Source: Octopus bimaculoides (Eukaryota). Taken from it: a stretch of 62,109 nt of DNA. Both the position numbers and the translations under genes were made by a program. The notes below the pieces were generated by a model, which saw only the letters and a program-made list of their open reading frames with translations, did no database searches and had not been told where the DNA came from. Each line of letters starts with the position of its first letter. Within the stretch, counting starts at the first letter, position 1. This document shows, piece after piece, positions 25,053 to 38,860 of the stretch. The stretch covers positions 74,494,174 to 74,556,282 of the forward strand of contig NC_068981.1 of assembly GCF_001194135.2 (NCBI RefSeq), given 5' to 3'.

Positions 25053-25253
25053 AGTGCTGGTGTAGCTGTGTGGTAAGAAGTTTACTTCCCAACCACATGG
25101 TCCTAGATTCAGTCCTACTGTGTGGCACCTTGGATGTTTTCTGCTGNNNNNNNNNNCAATAGAATAAGTACCAGGCTTAAAACAAAATCATTTGGCTAAA
25201 AACTCTTCAAAGCAGTGCCCTAACATGGCCGCAGTCTAATGAAAGATAACAGA

Positions 25254-25296
<43 letters not shown>

Positions 25297-25754
25297 TTTA
25301 GTTGAGGAAGTAAACTGGTGCAGAAGGTTAGTATTTAACAAGTTGTCTTGGTCAGCTTGTTACATGGTAACTGTTACTGCTTGCTGTGTTTGACCAAATT
25401 AGCTAGTTTTTAAAAATGTAAATAAAACAGAGCAGTAAGATAATTATAGGCTTCATTCAGGTTGTATGTAATCTAGGTATCCCCTGTCTAAAGAGGATTT
25501 TGCTATTTTAAAACTGCTATTATTTCCTAATTGTTCTGACACTCATACCTTTTTATAAAACATAGGATCAAATAGTTGAAATACCATTTAAATATTAGAG
25601 AGATTTTTATTTTTTTTCTTCAAATTTATGTGGAATTTTACTGCTTAAAATTTGAGTTAAATCAACAGTATATTATCATCATCATCATTGTTTACACCCA
25701 TATTCTAGGTTGGTATGAGTTGTGCAGTTTGATAGGATCTTACAGGTTTCTGGG

Positions 25755-26133
25755 TGGAGGCACAATGGCCCAGTGGTTAGGGCAGCGGACTCGTGATCAT
25801 AGGATTGCGGTTTCAATTCCCGGACCGGGCATTGTGAGTGTTTATTGAGCGAAAACACCTAAAGCTTCATGAAGCTCCAGCAGGGGATGGTGGCGAACCC
25901 TGCTGTACTCTTTCACCACAACTTTCTCTCACTCTTACTTCCTGTTTCTGTTGTGCTTGTAATTCAAAGGGTCAGCATTGTCACACTGAATATCCCCGAG
26001 AACTACATTAAGGGTACATGTGTCTGTGGAGTGCTCAGCCACTTGCACGTTAATTTCACGAGCAGGCTGTTCCGTTGATCGGATCAGCTGGAACCCTCGA
26101 CGTCATAAGCGACGGAGTGCTAACAACAACAAC
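25755..26133 (+). mobile_element. Family-C SINE
   Basis: Highly similar to 22468-22861; TSD ACAGGTTTCTGG / ACAGGTTTGTGG. Confidence 0.9.
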
Positions 26134-26289
26134 AGGTTTGTGGACTTTAATATGCTCCAGTGTCTACTTTGGTGTGGTTTCTATGGCTGGATGCCCTTCC
26201 TAATGCCAACCACTTTACAGAGTATATTGGGTGCTTTGTTTTGGCATCAGCACTTGAGAGATCAATGTGTAGCTTGCAAGACTAAGACC

Positions 26290-26880
26290 CAGTTTGACTA
26301 AGTTGGTTTAGAATAGAGAGGGAGACAGCTTTATCTTAGAAGAGAGGATTAAATTATGAGAAGAAACCAGAACTGGTTTCTGTCTATGGAAGAGCCACAT
26401 GGTTACTTGCTTTTTAGAAGAGAGGGTGGGAGGGGCCAGAATGGATCTGGAAAGAGATAAGTGGTGATGAGGTGTCAGGGGTCAGAGTGGACCCTCATGT
26501 TATGAGATGAGTAGAAGTGAATGGGGACTGGAGAACAGAAGTTGCATGAGTGTATGGGAGAGTGAAAGATGGTTAGAGATAGGGACTGGTTGAATGGATG
26601 AACATAAAAACAAGGAAGGTAGAGAACAGGTGACAGCCTGAGAAATCTGGTAGGGTTGCAGGGTGGATATAGTGACTGGTGAATAAAGGATGGGAAGGTG
26701 ATCTATGATACATATAACTTGGAGCAGATAGGGAGAGTAGGAGATGACTGACAGTGCAGAAAAATAGTTGAGAGAAGACCAGCAATATTATGGATGGTAC
26801 TGAGTACATTGCTGATCATTTTGATGCTTGAAGTTTCCTCTCAATGGTGCAGACCATTACCAAAGATGTTCTAGTTTAGG
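26290..26880 (-). mobile_element. Possible old LINE (L2/CR1-like) C-terminal remnant
   Basis: Purine-rich + strand; minus-strand LPKLE...GNGL...TIERKLQ resembles the PKLEY..WN motif. Heavily decayed. Confidence 0.3.
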
Positions 26881-27042
26881 CAATCCTATAATTCTCTCAG
26901 GCATTGTGTATCTAAAATTAGATTATCTACTGTGACCCTCTCTATTTTTAGAATTAAATATTGTTAGGAATTGAATGAAAAAATTAATTTGTTTTGAAGA
27001 AGTACAATTTATTACACATAAATTTTAACAAAAAAAATCATA

Positions 27043-27199
27043 TGAGTGGCTGTGGTAAGTAGCTTGCTTACCAACCACATGGTTCCAGGTTCAGTCCCAC
27101 TGCATGGCACCTTGGGCAAGTGTCTTCTACTATAGCCTCGGGCTGACCAAAGACTTGTGAGTAGATTTGGTAGACGGAAATTGAAAGAAGCCTGTCGTA

Positions 27200-27261
<62 letters not shown>

Positions 27262-27474
27262 TATATGTATGTGTGTCTGTGTTTGTCCTCCCCACCATCG
27301 CTTGACAGCCAATGCTGGTGTGTTTACGTCCCCGTAACTTAGTGGTTCGGTAAAAAGAGACCGATAAAAAAAGTACTAGGCTCATAAAGAATAAGTCCTG
27401 GGGTCGATTTGCTCGACTAAAGGCGGTGCTCCAGCATGGCCGCAATCAAATGACTGAAACAAGTAAAAGAGAGT
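27043..27474 (+). mobile_element. Family-A CORE-type SINE with internal (TA)n
   Basis: tRNA-like head (GTGGCTGTGGTAAG...GGTTCAGTCCC), CORE-like CCTTGGGCAAGT, internal microsatellite and tail ACTGAAACAAGTAAAAGAG. Octopus OR-type CORE-SINEs are known, but the exact name is not verified. Confidence 0.9.
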
Positions 27475-28087
27475 ATATGAATCCCCTAGGGGTTCATATA
27501 TGACAGTCTCTATGATTTGAAAGAGATTTGGCTGCTATTTTTAGTATGTCATGCTCATTAGCTTAGTTTCAGTTTTATAGAGAAGTTAACAGATGCACAG
27601 AGTTGACATTTTAATGTTTGATTAAATTTAGAAATAAGTTTTGTCATCAATATTAATTAGCCTCATGCTACAATACTTATATTATCTTGAATTCTGAACT
27701 AATTTTAGAAAGTTCTCTATTTGAAAAGTTAATGAGAACTAACTTTAAATCATCTAACTGAAAGTGTCATGAAATGTACTGCAATAAAACTAAATCTAAC
27801 CAAAGATTAGTTGGGAAAGTATGAGAATTATTTTCAGTTTCTGTAATGTGAAGTAGCTGTAAGATACACAGGATAGGATAGTCGCCATTTCTGCCAATGT
27901 ATATGATGTAACTCAGCCCTTTAAAACTACCCTTCAGCTTAGTGCTGTCAAATTATGACTGTGTAGTATGCCACCTGCAGCCGGGTAGATTTTGTCATTA
28001 ATCCTTTTGATACTAACCTGTCCAAGACTAATCCTGGTTCAGTGGCTCAAACTTTCTTTTTCAAAGTGATCTAAATTAAAATCTTCC

Positions 28088-28266
28088 ATCATTGTCATCA
28101 TCATCAATGTTTAACATCTGCCTTCCATGCTGGTTGGATGGTTTGACAGGAGCTGGCCAATCAGAAGACTGCACCAGACTTCTGTGTCTGTTCTGGCATG
28201 GTTTTTATGGTTGGATGCCCTTCCTAACATCAACCACCTTTCAGAGTGGACTGAGTGCTTTTTACA
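28088..28266 (-). mobile_element. Family-D RTE-derived bipartite element
   Basis: Reverse complement of GGTTG..GTTAGGAAGGGCATCCA...GTTAAAC-(GAT)n. Confidence 0.75.
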
Positions 28267-28391
28267 TCAAAGTTTCATATTAATTTTATGTTGTTTTATA
28301 CTTTGCAATCCAGAGCAACTGATATGGATGGATCCCAGATACATGCCATTCAGCAACAACCTGTAGACATTTCCTATACTTTTGTTAATTG

Positions 28392-28610
28392 TTTACTCTT
28401 TTACTCTTTCACTTGTTTCAGTCTTTTGACTGTGGCCATGCTGGAGCACCGCCTTTAGTCGAGCAAGTCGACCCCAGGACTTATTCTTTGTAAGCCTAGT
28501 ACTTATTCTATCGGTAACTTTTGCTGAACTTCTAAGTTATGGGATGTAAACAGACCAGCATCTGTTGTCAAGCAATGTTGGGGGAAGAAACACACACACA
28601 AACATATACA

Positions 28611-28693
<83 letters not shown>

Positions 28694-28844
28694 GACGGGC
28701 TTCTTTCAGTTTCCGTCTACCAAATCCACTCACAAGGCTTTGGTCAGCCCGAGGCTGTAGTAGAAGACGCTTGCCCAAAGTGCCATGCAGTGGAACTGAA
28801 CCCAGAACCATGTGGTTGGTAAGCAAGCTACTTACCACACAGCC
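28392..28844 (-). mobile_element. Family-A SINE
   Basis: Full-length reverse copy with internal (CA)n(TA)n. Confidence 0.9.
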
Positions 28845-30603
28845 TTGCTGATGGTAGAATCAGTTGAGCACCACACAATATGGATTGTAGTATTTGGTTC
28901 TGTTTATTCCTTTACTGTTTCAGTTCAAATACCTTCACATTCGACTCTACTTATCATCCTTCTGGGATGTATGCACCACACCCACCACATGACAATCTGT
29001 GTTGGTTTGTTTATATCTCCGTAACTTAACGGTTTGACACCCCCTTCCCCAGTTAGAATAAGTACCAGAATTAGAAGTAAGTACTGGGGTTGATGTGTTC
29101 AACTAAATCCTTTAAGGTGGTGCCCCAGCATGACCACAGTTCAACGTTTGAAACCAGTAGAAAGTTATTTTTTTATGATCTCAGGCTTAAACGAATGTTC
29201 AATCACATAAGAAGACTATAGTGAGTTAATTATAATTAGTTAGTCATCTTACTAGGCACTGCAAGACACAGAAAGTTGCTATTTTTCATTTCTTCCTACC
29301 ATTTCCGCTGCACTCTTACCTCATTCCTCTGCCCTTACCATTCCCTTCCTGAAGCACTTAAAGAGGAAACTTGGTGTATTCAGTTGCATGTTACTAATCT
29401 TCTCTTCCACACATCATCTTTGCTTGCACTCTTTTAAAAACTAAATCCTTCTCTTTCACATATACGCATACACTAATTCTCTCCCTCTCCCTCCACTCTC
29501 TCTTGTTTGGGGGGTATTTTTTTTTCCTGCAGACATTGGTAACCAGGAAACTTGTCATGAAACTGGCTCCAAAAATCTCAACATTTCTTGATTCCTTTCC
29601 TTGGGTTTTTTTTTTTTACTATGTTTAAGAAATTTTTACTTTCACTACTTTTTATTTTAATATTTTTCTCTTTTAACTTTTTCTTCCTATTTTTCTTTCT
29701 TTTTTCTCTTCTTTCTATCTCTTCATCACCTTACTTTCTCTTCCCTTTTCTCTATTATCCTCCTTTTCACCTTTTGTCCCCTTCTGTTTGTATTTAACTC
29801 TTTATTTATATCTCCAGGTTTTGTCTGTCCTTTCTTTCTCTCTCTCTCCCCTCTCTGCTACATTATATATATATACAATTTAAGTCTTCCTTGAAATAGT
29901 TTACCAATTCATTAAATGAACCATTCAGGTAGACACTGACGAATGCCGAGTAAAATGTAAATACACCAACATGAAACATGCTCCAAATCTGTGTACTCTA
30001 TATGTGTACATGCAATTACACCTAATTGCTTCCTGCACACACACATGCACACATTTACAAATGTACAGAGAATGTGGCTGTGTGGTTAAGAAACTTGCTT
30101 TCCAGTCATGTGGCCTTAGGTTCAGCTTCACTGTATGGTACCTTGGGTAGATATCTTCCATTGTGGTCTCTGGCCTAGTAAAGCCTTGTGATTGGATTTG
30201 ATAGATGGAAACTGAAAGAAGCCCATCATGTATACTAACACTCCATTGTACTCCTAGTGCTATACCGATTGGTAAGATTGGCTGTAATGGATAGATAATA
30301 CTGTACACTTCGGTTATAATAATAATAATAATAGTAATGTTCATCTGTCATTGTCGATGATGACCAGGACATCACATGGGAAGTGAAGATGGGTCACAGT
30401 GTGTCTGGCTGTGGTCAATCAAGCTGATGCATGCTTGGAATGTTCTACCTACCTCAGGTTGGGGCACTGGTGGTCTGCTGGGACTGAAGGCAAGGAGTTT
30501 GCTCTGGACTTGTGCAGCTCACATTTTCTTTGTGTTCCTGTAATCCTATTCTGTATGTAGGAGGTGGCTCCTTTGTTAGTGCAGCTATGCTTCGATTAAT
30601 ATA

Positions 30604-30642
<39 letters not shown>

Positions 30643-30755
30643 TCTTGTCTTGATGCCATGTGGTGATTGTAAACACGCATTAATGGTCATACTAAGCAAT
30701 GTTGTTTGTTTCTAGTGTTCCATGAAATACATATCTGGTCATGAGGAAATACTAC

Positions 30756-31137
30756 ATGGGGGTGAAGCTGTTTGATAAGAGGATTACTGAGGATTTGATG
30801 GGAATGCTGGGGTCGGAGAAATCAGTGGAATGGTTGGCAAGGGTGAATAGAGTGAGGTGGTGTGGCCATGTATTGAGGAGGGCTGAAGAATGTTCTGAGG
30901 AGGGTGATTGCATTTGAGGAAAATGGAGCATGAAAGCAAGGTAGACCGAGGAAAAGGTGGAGGGGACAGGTGTAAGAGGAGATTGGGAGGGTTGGTTTGA
31001 AAATGGAGGACGCCCAAAACTGGGCAAGATGGCAAGATGGTGCAAGGGCGGCTGCTATGGCATTGAGGTAGATTCGGCCGCCCTCGTTAACAGGGACAAA
31101 ACCCAGATTTAAAACACTGGATGATGATGATGATGAT
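30756..31137 (+). mobile_element. RTE-clade LINE 3' end with (GAT)n tail
   Basis: MGVKLFDKRITEDLMGMLG...RVRWCGHVLRR.../VLRRVIAFEENG*KQGRPRKRW...IRPPSLTGTKP, then GATGATGATGAT. Confidence 0.88.
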
Positions 31138-34100
31138 CAAGAAAGTCACACAGCTGTAGAAAATCTTAACGCAACAAATTTGGTCTGACCCATACAAGCT
31201 TAGAAAAATGAACATTAAGTAATGATAACAATGACATGCAACACACACCCAGATATGCACACTATATTCACACACACACACACCACACACTCCTTAGCCA
31301 TTGTTAATAAATTTATCTTATTGTACATGTGAGTAATTAGTAAGAAGTGATCAAGATATAATTGCAAAACACTTAATTTACTGATGTCTAAGATGATAGT
31401 GTAACACCAAGGAAATGATTCATTATTCGTTATCTCATTGAAAAAATTTTGCTTTTTAATTAGAACTATTAACACAAAGAGTACTGCTGTTGTTATTGTT
31501 GTTGTTATAGTAGTTGTAGTTGTTGTTTAGCCCTACATCAGTCTTAATTGGACTGACCTATGATTAAAAACATTCCAACTAAAAACCAGCTCTTCTTTTA
31601 GTACATTTTAAGGAAGTAGGATATGCAATTTGAGGGAGATTTGTCTACTATTTCTAGCAGATTAAGTAACTATCTGATAGTTCTTCACTGACTTGAAACA
31701 AAGCATGTGTCTTTCTCTTGTTAAATTATTATTTTACCTGTTCTTGCAACCTGAGTAACCACAATGTGGTATTATTTCTTGTAGGTCAAATGACCACATA
31801 GGAGCTTACTCCTTGGCTTATTCAACTCCAGGTTATCCTTGATTGAACAAAGCTATAATCAAATGTGACCTTCCTGATTCTTTGCATATTTATGGCTGTT
31901 ACATTGTCTAAGTTGTCCTTCTTTCTAAATACACTTTGATAGGGAAAGTGGAGCTTGTGTAAGGAATCTGATTAGACTGAGGTACTTAATGTACCATCCC
32001 TACATTTTTTTTTTTTTTAGTTGGGTGGTAAACCTCATCCATTGCCTGATTTTAACACCTCTACCTGCACCTTGGGTGCCATAAACACTAGCAGAGCCCA
32101 TTCTGTTGCATGTGGGAAACATTTGGACAAGGCTACTGATTTAAAAGCACCTTCCCTTCCTTTCGTCTAACCAGTCTGGAAAACCCTACAAAGGTTTTAT
32201 GAGCATTGTCTTCCACCTTGATTATAAGATAAAAAAAATTATTTATTAAGGTTCGGACTGATGAGTCAGTGGTTAGTAGTAGCCCTTAGTATCATAGTCA
32301 TTGTTCCATTTTGTTGTATGATAAAGTAATTGTTAAACATTATTGCTTACACTGCAATGAAGAGCAAGTGGAAGCTGACACATGAGTAAAAAGATCAAAA
32401 GCTAGTTCTTTTAAATTCTCACAAGGAGGTCTTAAGTTTAAGGGGCACTTCCTGTTGTACATGAGATTATGTATCTTTACACACATACACACACACACAC
32501 AAGCATGGGAGAGGATGGTAAAAATTGAGAAAAAAATATATATTCTCTCATCTAAACAAGCAAGTCTTTGTGGCAATGTTGAAATATTTCCATTTTAGAA
32601 ATACTTTCCCAGGAAGATTCTGTATGCAAATGACCCCATTCTCACTGCATTGGAAGTACAGCATGAGAATCATGGAATCAAGCAGGGGGTCTTGAATGGA
32701 AAGAAAAAATGTAGGGGCCTCTAGGTTGAATGAATAGATTTATCTGAACTGAATTGAATTGAAATAAAAAAAAAAGCTAAAGTAAGAAATAACCCAACCA
32801 GCAAATTCCCTAAAGTTGCCATGTTTTGTTGATAGAAAAGGAAAACTAAACAGAAAATGTGATGTGAAGATGGGGAAAGTATAATAACTATACAGTATTA
32901 TTGTTGTTATTTAACCCCAGGCTGTTGTTATTTAACCCTGATCAACAAGATATATGACCAAACTCATTCCACTCTACTTTATCCAATGTTTTTTTTTCTA
33001 GACTCTAAGGATGTTGTTTTTGAAGGTGATTTGGTTACTATGATCACAGGTCAAGCAAACATTAGAGACTCCCTCAGTGGTTTATATGCAGTTATATGCA
33101 GTAAATGGTTACTGTGGCATCCTGAAACTAATCCATTGCAAACAAATTGTTTGATAGTTGTTAGATATTTCCAACATTTTCAGGTTGCATAAAGATTTCT
33201 GTTCTTCAAAGTTGGATCAGAGAATTGCTGGAGCTTACCTCAGAGAAGTGATTTTAAAACTTAAGCTCTTCACTGTAAGTCAGTGGGGCCATTCTCTTAT
33301 AATGTGTAATCTTCTTGGGACACGTGGGTCGATTGATTGACTCAAGTGATACAAGCTGAAAGGATTTTGAGGACAATCTATTGGTCCGATGAAGTGAATA
33401 GCCAATCAGAGATTGTCTTTCAGTAGATATAATATAAAACTATATAATATATATAGTTTTATATACTAATAAAATAGTTTCAGGCACTTCATCCTTTGTT
33501 TTCTACATGCACCCATCAATTTCAATCTCAACAGAAAAAATATTTTGGTCTTTTTGGCTTCACATACCAAATCACCATGTGTCTCAAAAGGGTTAACTGA
33601 TCTGGCATGATTTAAGTCATACCCACAAACACTTCTAGTACTGGTGATTAGGGATACAAACCATTAACTTTGTGGTCATGAGGCCAAACACCCTTAAACT
33701 TAAAATATTATAATGATATGAATGTGTCTAAAACAAAGATAAAAGATTTATATTATGGTTTCATAGACACTATCATGTTTCAAACACTATTGCTATTTAG
33801 TTTTTATCTTCAATGAAACATATGCTACAACCTGATCTTAATGAATGGCAAGCAAGTGTTTCTTTTCAGTTGAGAAGTAGTTCTGTCTTCATAGTAAATA
33901 TAGTATGTGCTTGACCTGTCTAACAATGAGTACAGGCTGTTTAGGTGAATGCTATGAAATAGCTTATTGTCTTCTGTGACTTTATAAGCTTCTAATTCTG
34001 AACTTCTTAAGGTGACACAAATATGATTATTATTAATCAGGCGCTAACTAATCTGTGCGTTGTGTTTGCTTGCATGCATAAGACAATCACTTATTGTTGA

Positions 34101-34345
34101 CGAGGAAAAGATAAGGATTTTTGATTTGCTAATGTGAGGAGCTGGGTTGTACTTATGCCTCTTTTACATATGGATAAAAGGAAAAAAAAAAAAAAAATGA
34201 GCAAGGTGATTTGTGCAGATACATAACTTAGGTATTGGAATGAGCACACAAAAATAAAAGCATTTTTAATCTTGTTGAATCTTAATCATCTTCTGGCTGA
34301 GCTACAAAGGAATATTAACCTATTTACATTTGATATATGGAGTGA

Positions 34346-34671
34346 TGTGAATGCATGTGGTTTAGTGGTTGGGATATTCGGTTCATGACTGTAAGGTCGT
34401 GAGTTCAATTCTCAGTGACATGTTGTGTCCTTGAGCAAGACACTTTATTTCATGTTGCTCCAGTCCACTCAGCTAGCAAAATTGAGTAGCACCTGTATTT
34501 CAATGGGCCAGTATTGTCACATTCTGTCAACACTAAATCTCCATGAGAACATTATTAAGGTCATGCACATTTGTGGAGTGCTTGGCCACATGTATGTTAA
34601 TTTCACATGTAGGCTGTTCTGTTGATTGGATCAGCTGGAATCCTTGTCAGCGTAACTGATGGAGTTTCAAA
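34346..34671 (+). mobile_element. Family-H SINE (different head and CORE, 3' tail shared with family C)
   Basis: TTGTGTCCTTGAGCAAGACACTTTATTTC core; the 3' half (GTGCTTGGCCAC...TTAATTTCAC...GGCTGTTC.GTTGATTGGATCAGCTGGAA) matches family C. Confidence 0.8.
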
Positions 34672-35140
34672 CATAAAATAGAATTTGTATTCTCGAAATT
34701 TTGCTTTAGACATATTCTGTACTTGGTTAGATTGTTCATTTTAATGTTTTCTATGTTAGCATGAATTGGATGGGGATTTATTTATTTGACACAGAATTTA
34801 ACTGCTAGACATTCTTCCTGTTATCAACTCATCCTTACTTGTTGAGTAAGGATTTTTTTTTTTTTATATTTCACTTGTTTTCAAATCTTAGAACACCAGT
34901 TGTAAATGTTAAAATTGGAAAGAACAAATTTCATCCAATTCATACAGTAGTTATATTTTTATGATTTTCTATACTGAATTAACTGCATTTTCATCAAAAT
35001 CTTTATAAATTTATCAGAATTGGGGAATTTCTAAAGAGAAAGCATTACAGGAATTTAAGAGGTAATTAACTTAATATTAACATGTTTAATATAGTGGGAA
35101 ATTAACATGAAAAATGCATAATTAACAATAATTATGCTGA

Positions 35141-35543
35141 GGGCACGGGCGTGATGGTGTGAAAGAAAGTTTGCTTCCCAACCACATAGTTTTGGGTTCA
35201 GTTCCACTTCATGGTAACTTGGACAAGTGTCTGCTATGATAACCCTGAATGAACCAAAGCCTTGTGAGTGGATTTCGTAGATGGAAACTGATAGAACTCC
35301 CTCGTGAGCGTGAGTGTGTTAGTGTTGTTATGGCATTGCATGATTGTTGTCTATGAATGTTATTCATTTTGAATATTCTGAGAAAAACGTTTCTGGTTAT
35401 GGGGAAAATCTACCTTAGCTAGAAACGGGTAAGGGTTGACAAAAGGAAAGGGTATCTGGCTGTTGAAAATCAGCCTCAAAGAACTCTCTCTCATGCATGC
35501 AAGCTTAGGAAAGTGGGTGTTAAAATGATGATGGTGATGATGA
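35141..35543 (+). mobile_element. Family-E SINE (family-A head plus RTE-derived (GAT)n tail)
   Basis: A-type head and CORE, then GGGGAAAAT..ACCTT...GGAAAGGGTATCTGGC...GTTAAAATGATGATG. A second copy lies at 59993-60368. Confidence 0.75.
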
Positions 35544-37089
35544 TAATATTGTCATGAATCTAACAAATATGGGAGATGATGCCTAACATGTTTCATTCTT
35601 ATAAATACTCACTCATTGAAATGCAGACTTGACCATTCTCAGAATTCTATTAATGCCTCTTAAATGGGGAACAATTTCCATGTAAATCTTAAGAGGAGCT
35701 TCAGTTTTCAGGTATATTTTGCTATACAACTTTTTATATTGTTTAATGATGATGTGAATAGAATGAATTCTCAAATTCATAAATATATGATTTAGTATAT
35801 AGTCAGTCTTATTTGCTTTTTATCATAATTAATACGATCATTAATTACAGATGAGTCTTTAGAGAAGTCTGAATAACAAGGTTAGATGTTGACAATTACT
35901 GTTTGCATATTCTGTGATTCACTCAAGCAAGTATGGCATGACAGGGTATATAGCTTGAATTTAGTGCAGGTTCAGTATATCTGAAGTGTAAGTAAAATTT
36001 ACACTGAAGTGTATTGATTGGCCCTTAATACATATGGGCATTAATGCAAAGCTGACTAGGGTTATTTATCAGCTCTTGAAATTCAGTTTATACTCTTAAG
36101 CTTCAAATCTAGCAAGTGCCATTTCTGCCTTAATGTAGAAGAAAATGGATGCAGGCTGCAGTGAATTTTTAAATATGCTCAGGGGAGATTTTTCTGCCCA
36201 CCAGTAGTGTCTGTATTTTTATTAAGTTAACGTTCGGGAAGAATGGAAAAGTCTTTGACATTTTGAACCTACTCTCTTTGACAGAAAGGATTAAGAGGCA
36301 AAAATTTAAAAAAAGAGAGAATGAAAAAAAAAAACCCAATAAAAATGTTTAGGGATTAATGGTTCAACATGATGAAATGGCCCGAAGAAATACATATAAA
36401 TATATATAAATATAAATCAGATTGGAGCATGGAGCAGCCTGCCAACTTGTCAAAGCATCCAACCTGTGCCACCATGGAAAGTGGACATTAAATGATGACG
36501 ACGATGATATGTAATTTCATGCTCCAGTTTTTAAACATGCATCATCTTGTGTTTGGAAAGTCTGCTTTCTTTTCTCTTAATTTTTGGCAAGTTGTATAAG
36601 GAAAGACATGTAAAGACTGTGCCAAGACGAGCAAATGGAGACAGCTTACTGTAGAGCGTTCTCTTGCATTTTGTCAGTCTGGAGGGGATAAAATGCCTTC
36701 AGCCCATGCTGTAAAGTGGTTGGTGATGGCAGGGACACCGTACTTTAGAATCATGTTAAGAATAATCCTAAACAGCATAGTTGGCTGGTTTTTCTCTGTT
36801 ATTGTGTGTGTGTGTGCATGCCAGATGACTGTAAGACCACAGCAGGTGATGAAGAGATGTGAGGCTTGGTCAGACCATGCCTAAATGGAAGAGCAGATGT
36901 GTAATGATAATTATGATGATGATAATGATGATAATTATATTTGAATATTTATTCATCAGAAAATTGTCTTAATTCATTCTATGCCTGAAATAGAACTCAA
37001 AGGGAGTTCATATAAACTGCTGTTGATTTGTTTTTCTTTTAATAGAATCTTACTCATACCACCTCCAGTCTTTTCCCGTATTTTTTTAA

Positions 37090-37130
<41 letters not shown>

Positions 37131-37699
37131 ATACATACATACATACATACATACATACATACATACGTAATGTCATCTTTCTTACTTCTTCATCATTATT
37201 ATCATATTAACTTATTTTTATTATTTGATTATCTTCTTCCTTGGGGGTTATCAGTCCTAAATTATATCAGAGCGAAGCTTGAATTTTCTTTTTCATATAA
37301 TTATGATTAATTCATCTACTCTCCAGTATGTTACATAATTTCATAATTTTTCTTGACAATAATTGTTGAATATGCAGCATATTATTTTTTTGGGATATAT
37401 TTGAATAGGAACAGAAATGACTGTGTGGCTAAGAAGCTTGCTTTGCAAACCACATGGTTTTGGGTTCAGGTACACTGTATGGCACCTTGGACATGTATTC
37501 ATTAGTCCCAAGCTGACCAATGCCTTGTGGTTGATGGAAACTGGTAGAAGCTGGCACCAGGTAAAATGCACCCAGCATACACTGTAAAGGGTATCCATAC
37601 CAAACAGATGACTGGAGTCTAGTGCAGCCCTCCAGCTTGCTGGCTCCTGTCAAACTGTCCTAGCCATGGAAAATAGATGTTAAATGATGATGATGATGA

Positions 37700-37732
<33 letters not shown>

Positions 37733-37939
37733 TGTGTGTGTTTGTCTCTCCCCGCACCTGCTTTTTAATGCCCTGTAACCTAGGAGAATAGACTGAGAAT
37801 AAATACCAAACTTAGTAAATAAATAAACGCTAGTGTTGATTTGTTGAACTAAACCCTCCAAGGCAGTGCTGCTGCACCAGTACCTGAAACAAATGAAAAA
37901 TAAAATAAATATATGAATTCACACACATGCACGCGTGCA

Positions 37940-38860
37940 CAAGCACGAGACCATGTCTTGTTTTGCTCCACAGTCTCATTTTTGGCATGGTTTCTATGGC
38001 TGGATACTCTTGCAACACCAACCACTTCACAGTGGGTACTGGGTCCTTTTTTTACGTGGTACCAACACTTGTGAGGTGATCTTGTAACTTGCATTTGAAG
38101 CTGCAAATGACTAAATATCTGACCCAACCATAAGGCAGATTTACCTAAACTAGAGTTAAATATATGCACACATCTATATACATATGTCCATATATGTACA
38201 TGTATGTATGTGTTGTGCTTGTGTGTGTACATGCATGGCTCTGCACTGAAGCTGTACAAGTAACTGTATTCAAATTTCCATCCTTTGGCTGTCTGATTGT
38301 CAGACTCGTATTTTCTGTATGTGGTGATTACAAATTCATAGTATTGCATTGATTACATGTAAAAGGCACCCATGCCAGTGACATGCAAGAGACACCCATG
38401 CTGGTGATGCATAAAAGGCAGCTGATACACTCTGTGAAGTGGTTGGCATTAGGAAGGGCATCCAACCATAGAAACCAAGCCAAAACAGACTGGTTCTTGG
38501 TGCAGCTCTCTGGCTTACCAGTTCCAGTCAAACCATCTAACTTATGCCAGAAAGGAAGATGGATGCTAAATGATAATGATGATGATGATGATGATGATTT
38601 GGATATATTTATATATATCTTTATCCTCATCATTTAACATCCGTTTCCCATGCTGTTGTAGGTTGGATGGTTTGGCAGAAGCCAGCAAGCCAGAGGACTG
38701 CACCAATTTTGAGTATCTGCTTTGGCATAGTTTCTACAACTCTCTTCCTAATTTCAGCCATTTTACAGTGTGGTTTGGGAAACTTGTGCATGGTACCAGC
38801 ACCAGTGAGGTCACCAAGTAACTTGCAAGACAAGACACTTCAACTAAGAGTAAGGAGTAG
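37940..38860. mobile_element. Three family-D RTE-derived elements (37940-38110 -, 38365-38597 +, 38625-38860 -)
   Basis: Shared TTAGGAAGGGCATCC and (GAT)n/(CAT)n ends in opposite orientations. Confidence 0.75.

Noticed and set aside
29936-29985. Hammerhead at CTGACGA-ATGCCG...CAACAT-GAAAC-ATG-C
   Set aside because: Cores are present, but helix II is half broken, the NUH triplet is disrupted and there is no helix I. At most a dead relic.
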